Assembly (NCBI RefSeq): GCF_036321535.1
Contig: NC_087437.1
Location: forward strand, 64,854,001-64,918,000
Origin: Camelus dromedarius
Lineage: Eukaryota
Direction of reading: 5' to 3'
DNA length: 64,000 bases
Position numbers and translations under genes: made by a program. Below are positions 1-12,400 of the stretch, piece after piece (position 1 is the stretch's first letter; every line of letters starts with the position of its first letter). The notes under the pieces are model-generated. The model was not told the DNA's origin. It searched no databases and was given only the letters and a program-made list of their open reading frames with translations.

Positions 1-828
1 TCCATTCTTGATCTCTCTTAATTATATGTATTAACCAGGACCCCTGATGGCAGCCCATCTCCTTACCCCGGGGAATACCATGTTCTGTGAACCATCTCTG
101 GGGATCTCTGAGGCCCCCCTGGCCGCTGTTCCAAACTTGCTGCCCGTCACATCAACTATGAGCAATACCTGTGACGTTTAAGTGCAGCCCCTGGCCGCTG
201 CTGTTCCAGAGTCTTGTCATCCCCTTGGATCCTGTAAAGCCCACTTCTGTAACAGTGTCTTCTACTGTCAGTCCTAGCCAATGGAGAATATTACTGCACT
301 TTTGACAATGTGTGTCCCCCTCTCACCAGCATGTTTCTTATCACCTTGGTTAATGAGGTATCTTTCAGGCCCTGCTGTGAAACACAGTGATGGGTTTTCC
401 AGGTTTATGTAGCAGGCTCATTCTAGCATTCCAACTTCTCAAAGCCCTTTGAGTCTTTTCTCAACAGTTTGCGTCTTTACTTCATTTACTATGGGCCATG
501 TTTTTTTCTAATCTTCAGGCAACATCCCAGTAGTGTATTAGAACTGTAACCCAGGACCCTTTGACAACCAGATGTTAAATTCTTTATTTAGGTATTTATT
601 CTGCCTCCCTTGATCCAGCCCCCATGATCCACTCCCAGCGTACTTTCCCAGTTCCTGCCAGTACATGCTAGCCAGGGTCTACAGCTCTTTTGGTATGTTT
701 TCTCTTTCTTCTCATAGCAAGTCTGGTATTCCCTCAGTCAGGTTTTGCAGAGACTTAGTCCTAACTGTGCGTCTGGTGGCCAGATGGAGGTGAGGGGTCC
801 TGAAGAGGCCAAGGATTGCCTTGAAAAT

Positions 829-951
829 ATGGTTGCCAGATTTAGCAAATAAAAATACAGGATACAGGAGGTTAGGATACTAAAATATTATTCATTGTTT
901 GTCTGAAATTCAAATTTAACTGGGCATCTTGCACATTATCTGGTAAATCTA
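829..951. mobile_element. MER53-like palindromic hAT MITE, internally deleted
   Basis: GGTTGCCAGATTTAGCAAATAAAAATACAGGA at one end and CTGAAATTCAAATTTAACTGGGCATC...TATCTGGTAAATCTA at the other; imperfect terminal inverted repeats. Confidence 0.75.
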
Positions 952-1302
952 CTGCCTCATTTGAGGCTTCTTTTTAGCCTTTAAGCTGGGGAAGTTCTCT
1001 ATTTTTCAACAAGGGAGAATTCATCACTCTGGAAGCCCCGGAGGGTTCAGGCAATTCAAACTTCTCATTAAATCCCCAGCCTGATCTTCAGCGGTGCCTC
1101 CCTTCTAGCTGCAGGAAATGAGTGTCTTTTTAAATGCTGTCAAGGAAATACTCTGAACTCTTTTGCCCCTAAAAGTTGTTGATTAATAGAGCTGAGCCCA
1201 TGATTTTCTCTCTGTAAAGAATCAATGGTGGTTACCAACAGCTATCCGATTCCACAGTTTTACCTTTCAGTTATTAGTGCCCCCATACCCCTCAAACTGA
1301 CA

Positions 1303-1455
1303 CAGTAGTTCCTAAATTTGTCAGCACATTGGAATCATTTGGGAGCTTCTAAAAATCTTGGTGCCTGTGTCCTACCCCAAGAAATTGTTATGTAATAGTC
1401 TTAGGTGTGGTCTGGGCTTAGGAAATTTTGAGATTACCAGGTGACTTTTTAATGC
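1303..1455. mobile_element. MER5A-like hAT-Charlie MITE
   Basis: CAGTAGTTCCTAAA...GCACATTGGAATCATTTGGGAGCTT...CCAGGTGACTTTTTAATGC resembles the MER5A consensus. Confidence 0.7.
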
Positions 1456-1634
1456 TAGGACATTGTACCAGTTAGTGCATCCCCTATATCCCATTATAGC
1501 TCACACAGGTAAGTCTTAGTAACCTACTGCCCCAGCATCCAGGCAGTATCAATATCTTGTCCTCATTGTCATCCAGCTGGTGAGTAATCCAACTACAAAA
1601 TCTCACCCTTTGTGTTACTTCCTAGGACCCTTCC

Positions 1635-2153
1635 TGTTGTGGGCACACAACACAGTGACAGTGACATGCGGGTTGGTAAAAAATTAACCAGAGACCGAGA
1701 AAAGTTTAGGAAAGTTTAATAGGTATGCTGCCAAAGGCAACAGCGGGCCACACAGGTGAGAAGTGCCTGCATGAGTGCTGAGGGTGGGTGTACAGGGTCT
1801 TTTATTGGGGGGAGGGGGCTGTGCACACAAGGAGTAGGGGCTGCATGATCAGTTCGTGCACAGGTACCTGACTGGTTGTAAGATCTGTCAGAGACTTCTC
1901 TGAACAATAGGTTTTATAGCTTTGATAAGGGCCTGTCCGCCTAGAGTATTCTGAGGCAGGCTGTCTCCTGGGGCTATGAGTTTTGTTAGGGTAAACACAC
2001 ATCAAGAGAAGATGTTTTATATCTTGCAGAAATGCAGGTGTGCAAAGGGTCCTGCACTAGGGAGTGGGGGTTAAGGTGTCAATAGGCCCCAGGCACACAC
2101 AGAGCCCAGGGGTGGGGGTTTTATGACCCCAGAGAGTGCCAGCCGGCTCCCCA
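1635..2153 (-). mobile_element. Solo ERV LTR, 519 bp
   Basis: TG...CA termini. Flanks CTTCC (1630-1634) and CTTTC (2154-2158) form a 5-bp TSD with one mismatch. On the minus strand there is a TATA-like AATAAAA near 1806-1800 and an ATTAAA poly(A) signal at 1720-1715. Confidence 0.7.
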
Positions 2154-2246
2154 CTTTCTGGCATTAGCTATCTTTGGTGGGTTTCCCTGAAGACAGAATC
2201 TTATCCAAGTAACTTGCCGTGAATGCTCTTAGAAAAAGAATGAGGA

Positions 2247-3470
2247 TTTTTTGAATGACGGCCATTCTGACTGGTGTGAGGTGATACCTCATTGTAGTTT
2301 TGATTTGCATTTCTCTGATGATTAGTGATATTGAGCATTTTTTCATGTGCTTTTTGATCATTTGTATGTCTTCCTTGGAGAATTGCTTGTTTAGGTCTTC
2401 TGCCCATTTTTGGATTGGGTTGTTTATTTTTTTCTTATTGAGTCGTATGAGCTGCTTATATATTCTGGAGATCAAGCCTTTGTCGGTTTAAGTTGCAAAA
2501 ATTTTCTCCCATTCCGTAGGTTTTCTTCTTGTTTTACTTCTGGTTTCCTTTGCTGTGCAGAAGCTTGTAAGTTTCATTAGGTCCCATTTGTTTATTCTTG
2601 CTTTTATTTCTTCTAGGAGAAAATTTTTGAGATGTATGTCAGATAATGTTTTGCCTATGTTTTCCTCTAGGAGGTTTATTGTATCTTGTCTTATGTTTAA
2701 GTCTTTAATCCATTTTGAGTTTGTGGAGAAAGGGGAACCCTCCTACACTGCTGGTGGGAATGCAGTTTGGTGCAGCCACTATGGAAAACAGTGTGGAGAT
2801 TCCTCAAAAGACTAGGAATAGACTTACCATATGACCCAGGAATCCCACTCCTGGGCTTGTATCCAGAAGGAAATCTACTTCAGGATGACACCTGCACCCC
2901 AATGTTCATAGCAGCACTATTTACAATAGCCAAAACATGGAAACAGCCTAAATGTCCATCAACAGGTGACTGGATAAAGAAGATGTGGTATATTTATACA
3001 ATGGAATACTACTCAGCCATAAAAACTGACAACATAATGCCATTTGCAGCCACATGGATGCTCCTGGAGAATGCCATTCTAAGTGAAGTAAGCCAGAAAG
3101 AGAAAGAAAAATACCATATGAGATCGCTCATATGTGGAATGTAAAAAACAAAAACAAAAACAAACAAACAAAAACAAAGCATAAATACAGGACAGAAATA
3201 GACTCACGGACAGAGAATACAGACTTGTGGTTACCGGGGGGTGGAGGGTGGGAGGGGATAGCCTGGGATTTCAAAATTGTAGAATAGATAAACAAGATTA
3301 CACTGTATAGCACAGGGAAATATACACAAAATGTTATGGTAACTCACAGAGAAAAAAATGTGACAATGAGTGTGTATATGTCCATGAATGACTGAAAAAT
3401 TGTGCTGAACACTGGAATTTGACACATTGTAAAATGATTATAAATCAATAAAAAATGTTAAAAAAAAAAA
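2247..3470 (+). mobile_element. Young 5'-truncated, 5'-inverted LINE-1
   Basis: 2247-~2721 is antisense L1 ORF2 ([15 protein letters not shown]...[15 protein letters not shown]). From ~2722 to 3144 is the open sense ORF2 C-terminus ([14 protein letters not shown]...RSLICGM*), followed by the 3'UTR, AATAAA and poly(A). Perfect 14-bp TSD AAAAAGAATGAGGA at 2233-2246 and 3471-3484. Confidence 0.95.
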
Positions 3471-3704
3471 AAAAAGAATGAGGAAGGCAGGAACAGGGCA
3501 GGAATGAAAACCAGCAGGAATGTGGTCCTAGCTGGAGACTAGCTGTAGAATCTGGTCCCATGGGGAGCTCTAGAACACAAGTTCAACTGCAGAATTAGCC
3601 CTATCTTGAGGCAAGGGGGACTGACCTTTTGTATCCCTACATCGGTTAATCATTGACTGAGGTCTGCTCCCAGAGGGGATGGCAAAGGCCTGGAGTGCAG
3701 CTTC

Positions 3705-3876
3705 TTAGCCGGGATTAAGGTGAGGTGAGCAGGGTAAAGTTTGAGAGGTGCCAAAATCTCAGTAATCAGGATGAATACTACATTATTGCAATATTCTAAA
3801 TAAATTAAAATTAACACCACCACCCCCTCCAAAAGTCACAACAAACAAAGTCAAATTTTAAATAAAGAGAATTAGG
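3705..3876 (+). mobile_element. MER96B-like hAT element fragment
   Basis: GCCGGGATTAAGGTGAGG...GGTGCCAAAATCTCAGTAATCAGGAT...CAAATTTTAAATAAAGA resembles the MER96B 5' part. Confidence 0.6.
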
Positions 3877-6800
3877 AGAGGAGGTTCCTCTTTGGCCAAG
3901 GGCAAGTGTCAGAGAGACGACAGCTTCAGGTAGTTATCAGTCAACATTCACAGCATCTAGGGGATCGGTACTGATAAAGGAGACCTGAGTGGGGCACCAA
4001 CAACATCCAGGACACCACCTTTCCCAGCTCCATGTATATAAGTTTAGGTTGATTCCATGTCCCTAGGATTTAGGGGAGGGAGAGGGAGAGAATAATACTT
4101 GGACTTGTTTAATTAGGTCAAAAATCCCTGGCCATGGTGATTGCTTCAGGGATGAGCATGTGATTCAAACAAGCTCAATCAGCATCCTCTCAAGGATGTT
4201 TCTGCTGGAGCTAAAGATGCTCTAGATAACATAGCTGTACTGGGAATCTGCCTATAATAGGAGACAAGATCAACATGCAAAGAAAATCTGAGCCAAAAAT
4301 GAAGTGAGAGAGAAAAACTGGCCTGAATATATTGATTGTGCTGGGCTCAGATGGGCCATGATTTTTTCTGTTCTGTGATGTTTCAATTAGAAATATTTTT
4401 GTTGTATAGAACAGAAAGTCTGACTTAAGGAATGAAGCCAACCTGAGGAATAAAAAAGGGGTGGGAGGAGAGGAGAGAGAAAGAGAGAAACACTTAACTG
4501 GAGAACCCAGGAGTAGATTTGTTTCAGGTGTGGTGGCAAATGGGCCTGCGTGGCATAACCAGGATCTGTCTCTTGTATCTTGTTTCTTAGGACTGGCTCT
4601 GTCTTCAGGTTACATATGAATCAGACAATAATCTGAGGGACAAATAACTCTGGTTTTCTCAAAATCTACTTACCTCTCGACAATAGTTCCATGATTCCTG
4701 AATCAAATGTTCACGCCTGGATTCTCTTTCTTTGGGATGAATTATTTCCTTGTATCACCAGTTCTTCCTTACCAATTCTTTCCTTGTGATCAGTTATACC
4801 TGGGTCTTAGTGCACTGCAATGTGGGTTTAAACTGCACCTCCCCAGCCTGTCCCATTACTGTAAAATACTTGCTCACTGTTCTGCCGCTGTCATAATTTT
4901 TTCTTCTTCTCTAAATTCTCATACTATCTTACATCTCTTGGTTCTCCCTTCTCTTCTGAAAATGAGTTCTTAAACTTCCACAAGATGGTGCAGCCTTTCT
5001 TTTCTCTTCCCAAGATAAGGTATATGAGGTGTTTAACACAGTGCCTTGCACATAATGTGCTCGATAAATAGCTGTGATGATGGTGATAACCATGACAAGG
5101 ACAGTGATGCCACGTTGCTCCCTGACATCGGGTTGGGAAGATTTAGCAATTGTTGTCAATGCTTAACACCCTGATACAAGATTTTCTTCATATTTCCTGC
5201 TGCAAACACACCATTTCTATTAAGTTCTAGATATAAGTGATTACTCAGGGAGAATGAAAATTCTCATTGATCTGTCATCTTGTTTCTTTAAGTCTTGCTA
5301 GAATATTTTTTCCAGCCAAGACTCTTTAAACCCTGAGAACATTGACACATGTTAATATGCACGGCTGGTTTGGACACAGGAACAGGATTTATTTTTAATG
5401 TTAAAAAATGCACTTCTTTTCCCTTTCTTTTAAAATTGATAAGAGTCTTAAATATAACTCTGGGACTGTGACTCCAAGAGAGTTCAACAAATAAATTGAA
5501 AACTGGAGGAAAACAAAAGTATGAAAGGACTGATTTCATTGTTTGGCTTGGCTTTTTTTTTTTTTTTTTTAAATGGAATGGACTTGATGTTTTCCCATCA
5601 AGTGGACACAGCTCAACTGTTCTTACAAAAGTTGTGAGGCCTGAAACCTGAGGGCAAATACTTGATGTGTGCAATTAAAAAGTGGCAGGTGGACTGGTGG
5701 AAACAGCATGTAACTAGTTTGTGTTACCAATCAGCACGGGAACTATACCCTGTCCTGTTCTAATAATAAGCTTCAGCTATATGCTCTGGGTTGCAAATAT
5801 GGATTTAAGAAAGAGTTTTTAAATTATTTACTAGCCAGTAGTCTGGGAGCAAGGAGCCACTGCTTCTGCTCTGTGTCTCTGGTCTCTCATATCTGAAATA
5901 AACCTTTGCCTTCACCCCATGCTGGGTGTATGATATAGAAAAAGATTTTTTTCACCTTGGTGACTAAATCAAAGACTGTGATTTATAATACTGTTTTCAG
6001 TCTGCTAGTTATGCCTGAATTATATAACCTTTCTAATACCCAGTTTTAGTATTTCTTTCCTCCCATTGTGATTGAGTACAGAGAACTCCTGTGGTCCATC
6101 TCTCCTAAAGCAGCTCACTAAAGTTTTCACTTCCATGTCGTTTGGATCTGCTTCTGCAGTGGAGTCTTTGGTCCTGCCATTGGTCTGACGAGCTTGGGCA
6201 CCAGGGTCCAGTCTGGAAATGTCAGGATGCTTCTCCTAGTTCAGTTAGAAATGCCAAACGTGTAGGAGTTAATTGTGTCAGTTTCCCAACTGCTTTTCCT
6301 GCACACCCCTCCCCCAACAAACCATCCTCTGTATGACTGCCCTTTAAGACCAAAGTCTTCCAAAATCTTAGCTGGGAGTGGGAGCCCCTGGCCCTTGGGA
6401 GACCCCCTTTTACCTCCCAACTTGACTGCTTAGAATCTCATATTTTAGTAAGGACAGAGCTCTCTGCCACCATGACAGAGAAGTAGATGTTATTGCATGT
6501 CTGGAAATGATCTTGTTGAAGGAAAGATCAAGTAGGTCTTAGAAAGATGACTTGGGCCTCAGATAGTAGGGATGGAAAAGTCCCACATGCATAACATGAT
6601 TGCATGAATCAGCTCAATCCCTGGGCTGAGTTGCTGAAAGAGGGACTTCTTCAAATGAGGCTGCTGTGGGAGGAGTTGTAGGAGCATGTCTGGCTTTCAG
6701 CAGGGTGTGGATGGACTTCTGGGCTGAGTGTTACATGAAAGAACCCCCTCCCACCCCTGTTACTCCATGATGGCTTCATTTTCCCATTCTCCCACTACTA

Positions 6801-6979
6801 AAGCTCCCTCACCACCGCCAACCCCACCTTGCTGCAACAAGCCACAATTGCTTGTTTTCTGCTCTCTCCCCTCCCCATCCTCCTCTCCCTTCTCTTCTCT
6901 TCTCTGCTCTTCTCTAACTGTATAATTCTTGTATCTTTTGGATTTCCCTTGATCCCCCTTGATTCCATGAGGGAGGTAG

Positions 6980-7090
6980 GTAGATGTTATTAACCCAATT
7001 TTACACATAAGGAAAACCAGAATCAGAAAGATTAAGTAATTTGCCTAAGGTCACATGCCAACTATACCTGACCCGAGGTCTGTGCTCTTG
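6980..7090 (-). mobile_element. MIR SINE fragment
   Basis: CCCAATTTTACACATAAGGAAAAC...AGATTAAGTAATTTGCCTAAGGTCACA is the antisense MIR core. Confidence 0.7.
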
Positions 7091-9290
7091 CTGCATTATA
7101 CTCTGTTGATGCCCATTTCCCAGATGGTTCGGCGAACAGGAAGTGTAGAGGGCCACAGTAAGGTGGACAGCACCCTTGACTGAAGCTCAGGAACCTGACT
7201 TCTGGTCAGAGTGCCCTTTGATGTTTGGTGAATCCCTCTCCTCTCTGCATTCATTTCCCACATAAGATGGAAGGGCTCTACTGGATGCTTTCTACATTTC
7301 TTCCATTCCTAGTAGACCATTAAGACAGCTTAGTGACTCTTTGTACTCTCTATATTTAGGAAACCCGTGAGTTTACAGTGTTTAATCTCAGAAACAATGA
7401 TTTACAATCAGATCATGGGAAGAGAAGCCACTTTGCCACATGTTATGAGCAGTAGTATCAAGCTGGCACTACTGCCGGGGTGGAAAGCTAGTTTCAGAAA
7501 TAAGTTCATGTATATTTTTAAAAGGCATCTTTTCATAATAAAAACACTTAAAAGGTACTGAGCACTCTAATCTTTGTTGAGTTACACTTGTTTGTAAAAA
7601 AAATAATACCTCGTTCTTGTGTATATTGAATAGGGAAGAACATAATTGGTGCCAGGATGAGGAAGAGTAGGTGCTAGTTTTCTCTGAGAGCGTCATTAGT
7701 AGACAGCCGCAGCTCTGTGATTCTGATTTAGACTCTACCGAAATAGAGTACTACTTTAGGATACAACACACACTGAGATGTAGCCCCCTTGCATGCCAAA
7801 GAACATTTATTAATCACTGTAATTGAAAGTGTAGATTAATAGGCAATAATTTGAGAAGTGTGAAATTTCATGTGTTTCTTCGTAAGATGTAAGAACTACT
7901 GATTTTGATCTCTTTTGTTTCCTTTATGCTTGTTAATGCGCTGTTAACAGGAAAATATTTTCTTAAGAAAGGTGTAAGGAACAGACAGATAACTGCCTAC
8001 ATAATTAGAAGCATTTTGTCACATGCTGGCTTACAGTGTTGCAAGCTTCAAAAATGTTGCTCTAGAGGGACGTTTTTCCTTTTTTAGTCTGCTTTAACCT
8101 TTCTACCACCCCACCCATCTCTGAGTGAGTCTTCACTGTCTTTCCCATCTCTCCAGACACAGCTTCCCAATTTCTGTGGTACCCAGCCTCCATCTTCCAC
8201 GAAGGCCAAGGACTATGTGACTTCTTTTAAGCTCTAAAGCTATATGATTTCATGAAATGAGAGGTTTTGCTTTAGTTAATAAGGATCTCTACTAAAATTG
8301 AGGGGTAGATACAGGGTAGATATGTCTACCTCTCTTACAAAGTCATATATGTACTCTGTAATCCTGCTTCCTGTAGGCTGGGAAGAGCTGGTCTGATGTG
8401 AATGCTCTGAAATAATGGGTTCTAAAGGCTGAGATGGAGACGGGATGATTATCCTTGGTGGCCAGAGGTGACATTTTTAAGGAAGTGAATCCAAGGCATT
8501 CTTAGAGTGGCAAACTATAGTTCTAACCTGGGAGGAGGAACTGATTGTTGAGTCTAGGTGGTGTGACAAGTACAGGAGGCAGCTGGGTGGTTGAAAGCCA
8601 GGATGGTTGGGGAGAAGTTGGCATGTAGAGTGTGAAACTGTCCAGACCAAGGAGTGTAGGACTAAGGCTATGCACAAGAACGCTTGCTTATTCAGTGGCT
8701 TGAAGTTCCCCTTGGGAAACCTGGAGCTACTCTATATATTGACCAGCGGCCGTAGCTGTGGTGCTTGGTGGTGAAGGAAAGCATTGGAACAGGAATGAAT
8801 TATTGCTGGAATGGATATTCTTGGATCACAAGATATTGTGTCAGTTGTGTGCAGCCTGGATAGTGGTGAGGTGTGTGTCTCAACAGAAGTAGTGGTATTT
8901 GAGCCAAGTTTAATGATGAACAAGAGTCCAATAAACAGAGAGAGCTGGGGAGAATTATTCCAGAGACACAGAATAAGTGAAAACTACCCAGATAATACAA
9001 GCTATATTTTGGAAATGATTAGTAGCTATATCTGACAGCATCATGGATATCTAATATGAGAAGAGGGAAAAATAAGGTTGGTAAAGAGTTGAGTTGGTTT
9101 TGAGTCACATTGTTGATGACTTTGGATTTTAGGCTGAAGGCAGTCAAATGTAGAGTCCTTAAAAATTTTGAATAGTAGAGTTCCAGGTAAGGTGGTAGGC
9201 TAAGTACATCTAATTCCATTACCTCCTGAAATTTCACTAAGACTGAAAAAAAAAATTTTTAAATTTAAAGTAGAAGTATAGGAGAGGAGT

Positions 9291-9421
9291 GGGGAGGGTA
9301 TAGCTCAAGCACTAGAGGACATGCTTAGCATACACAAGGTCCTGGGTTCAATCCCCAGTGCCTCCTCTAAAACTAAGTAAATAAACCTACCCCCCCCCAT
9401 AACAAAAGATTAAAAAAAAAA
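9291..9421 (+). mobile_element. tRNA-derived SINE of the camelid Vic-1 type
   Basis: GGGGAGGGTATAGCTCAAG head with a degenerate A box, B box GGTTCAATCC, C-run and A tail. TSD AAGTATAGGAGAGGAG (9274-9289) / AAGAATAGGAAAGGAG (9422-9437), 14 of 16 matching. Confidence 0.85.
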
Positions 9422-9439
9422 AAGAATAGGAAAGGAGAC

Positions 9440-11050
9440 AACAGTTTGGAATCTGAAAAGTACATGGATGCATGACAACTAACTTAGCAAGGCAGGGTAG
9501 CCAAATCTTGCTTGTCAGTGTGGAAACCAAGAAATAACCCAGTTTATACCCCACAGTCATCAGAAACCTCAGGAACTGGCAAGGCTGGAAATCAAGTGAG
9601 GGTGAGTGTTGAGGGGAAAGATGAGGGTAAAAATCAGGAAGATTGGGTAAAAGTTGTTTGAGAAGCTGAGTTCTCTTTTTCCCACTCCACACCACTGGGC
9701 AACTTCCCTCTCCCACCCTGGCAGAAAACTGGAGTCTTGATCTCTGGAGAGGGAAAAGCAGAAAGTGTTTGAGTAGAGACCTCTCATTCATTTGAGGTTG
9801 GAGTTACCATACTGAAAACATATGGACAAAGTAAATTTATACATATTGAATAAAGATTTCAGAGATTCCACCACTAACACACACACACCACACACACACA
9901 CACACACATACACGTACATACACATACCCCTCTTCTCTCACCTGGCTCCCAAAATGCTGACAGCCAGACTTCTACCTTTCAGCAAGATACTGGAAAACTA
10001 CCAGCCCAAGAGGAAGGACCTAAAAATAATTTTCCAACAAAGCCCTCCCACCAGATCCCTTTACGGTAAAGCTAAAATTAACAAGACCATCCATAGACTC
10101 AGATCCTTGAAACAAATTTTCAGTTCTGCATTTTTAATCATGAACAGGCATCCAAAGAACATCGGATATTTGAGGAATCCTCCAACATGGATAATGTAGA
10201 AAAACAAACAGGAAGAAACAACTTGGAGGATATAGAGACAATGCAGGAAAAATAAAACTTATTAACAACCTATCGTTAATATTGTCAGAGAGTTGAGAGA
10301 TGATATTGCAACCATGAAGAACAAGGTCCTTGGAAAAAGAAACAAAAAAAGAACTCTTGGAAATTAAAACATGATAGCAGAAATACAAAAATACAACAGA
10401 GAGATTAGAAGATAAAGTTGAGGAAAATTTTAAGAAAGAATAAAATACAAATACATGACAAAGAGGAGAGAAAAATAAGAAAATAGGAGGATCATTCTAG
10501 GAGATATAACATTGGAATCCAGTATCCTCGAATATGAGGTGGGAGAAATAGAGGGAAAAATCATCAATGAAACACTGCAGGAAAATTTCCCTGGAGTGAA
10601 GGACATGAGTTTCCAGATAGAAAAGGCCACCTCGATCTTAGTCATAGTGGATAAACAGGCATTTCATTACAAAATTTAAGAACACTGGAGATAAAGAAAA
10701 GATCCAAAAAGCTTCCATGTAAAAAAGATGAGTCAGAATATCCATATATTTTTCAAGAGTGACAATGGAAGCCAGAGACAATGGAAATTACTTCTTACCC
10801 CAAATTCTCTATTAAGCCAAATGATTAAATGGGAGAGTAGGGTGAAGACATTTTCAGATACATAAAATGTCATTAAATTTACTTCCCACATATCCTTTCT
10901 CATAAAGTTACTGGTGGATATGTATGTCCAACCAAAGTGAATTGAGTAAATCAAAAAAGACAAATATATGAAATGTGGGAAACAGGAGGTCTGGTGGAGA
11001 ACGACTGTTGTTCCCCAGACCTAGGATGTGACTTGTTCATATTGGAACAG
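9440..11050 (+). mobile_element. Ancient L1 5'/ORF1-like (L1ME or HAL1-type) relic
   Basis: A-rich plus strand with ORF1-like motifs (CTCTTGGAAATTAAAACATGATAGCAGAAAT; GAAAATTTCCCTGGAGTGAAGGACATGAGTTTCCAGAT). Many stops; boundaries approximate. Confidence 0.6.
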
Positions 11051-11339
11051 GTTCAGAAATCTGTGTGTAAAGACAGTGCAGGACTCTGTATCTATATGTA
11101 TTTTTTTCTCTTGGAGTGAACAGGTAGCTTTGGGGTAGGCCAATGGAACCTCATTTATTTATAAGATCCATAAACATGCTGGCATATGGATAAGACAGAA
11201 AATGAATACAATAAGGAAGTGTGTTTTTATTTTGAAGGATTGCTCTAAAGACTCTAAACTATCTTTGCAAGAGCCTTAGTTTAAGTTGTGTAGGTTGCTT
11301 AGGTATAGAATAAAACCAAATCTTCCTGAATAAGGGGAA

Positions 11340-11450
11340 AACACATATACACACATATATATGTGTATGTGTGTATGTATGTATATACACACTACATATG
11401 TATATATATGAATACACACAGTCAATACACATGCGCACACACACTGACAT
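11340..11450. repeat. Imperfect (CA/TA/TG)n low-complexity tract
   Basis: Alternating purine-pyrimidine runs seen directly. Confidence 0.8.
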
Positions 11451-12187
11451 ACAGAAGAAGCTGGAGATCAGAGCTGCCTCTTCGTAGCTAGGGAAAAGGA
11501 ATGTGAGGGAGACCTTTTCACTATTTTCCTCCTGTTCCTTTTGATGTTTTGGACAAAATGCAGGGTGAGAGAGACGGTAGACTGGAATTATTTGGGTGGT
11601 GATTGTCATGTTCTTGGGATGAGGAAATAAGGGCCTGAGTGAGACAAGAGGAGGTGGGTGCTAAAGTTGGAGGAATCTTGGCTGGCCTGGTGATGACTGG
11701 ATGCGGCAGGAGGGTGGGGTGGACGGTGGGTTCCTAGGGAAAGGTCGGAGGGCAGTGGTCAGAGATGACTCCCTGCTTTCTAGCCTGGGTTCACAAATGT
11801 GAGGACACTGAATGGATGGAGCTGGCTTCAGATAGCAGAGGGAGGAGGGTGGATTGCAAAAGAATAGTGAGTGTCGGGGTGGAGGGGGAGGAGCTGGAGT
11901 CAGCAACTGTGGTTCACGTTTCCTCTGACCAGACCTCATACTCAGTGGTCCTATCATGTGCCTTATAACCCACAGCTTGTGGCCCTATGTGACGATGGGT
12001 TGGCTTCTGGAAAACTCAGTGATGGGTCTTCCAGAGGTACCACCTAGTCGGGCTGAGGGAGTGTAGTGTAAGGTGGGGCGTAGGCCCTCAACGGGTAACC
12101 AACCAAAACACTGCCTCTTCTATGGCCAGAAAACACCAGGCTGGGAAGTAAAGGGGTGAAAGGGGTGACGATTCACAAAATTTTCCC

Positions 12188-12400
12188 CAACTCTGCCACT
12201 TACTAGGTGACCTTGGGTAAATCGCTTTGACTTCTCTGTGCCTACGTTTCCTCATCAGCAAAATGGGCATAATATCCCAATACCTATGTCACAGGAGGTA
12301 TTAAATGAGATGGTGAGGATTAAATGGGATAATGAGTTTAAAGGTTTAGAAGAGTGCCCGGTACTAAATAAATACCAGTAATGTTAGCTGGTACTATTAT
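12188..12400 (+). mobile_element. MIR SINE
   Basis: CTCTGCCACTTACTAGGTGACCTTGGGTAAATC...CTCTGTGCCTACGTTTCCTCATCAGCAAAATGGG...GTGAGGATTAAATG. Confidence 0.85.

Larger units (their letters stand above)
1..1634 (-). mobile_element. Degenerate ERVL-MaLR (MLT1-type) internal region, interrupted by MER53 and MER5A
   Basis: Removing the LTR inserted at 1635-2153 restores CCTAGGACCCTT(T)CTGGCA. This resembles the reverse complement of the start of MLT internal sequences and adjoins an MLT1-like LTR. No intact ORF. Family assigned from memory. Confidence 0.5.
2165..4015 (-). mobile_element. Old MLT1-type MaLR LTR split by an L1 (2247-3470) and a MER96B-like element
   Basis: Sequence is continuous across the L1 TSD (AAGAATGAGGA|AGGCAGGAACAGGGCAGG). 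Contains MLT1-like motifs CCCATGGGGAGCTCTAGA, CTTGAGGCAAGGGGG and CCTTTTGTATCC. Confidence 0.55.

Noticed and set aside
2767..3144. 125-aa ORF as a host gene
   Set aside because: It is the C-terminus of L1 ORF2 in a truncated element lacking promoter, endonuclease and reverse transcriptase.
9291..9365. tRNA gene
   Set aside because: The tRNA-like head is followed by a SINE tail and flanked by a TSD; the A box and cloverleaf are degenerate.
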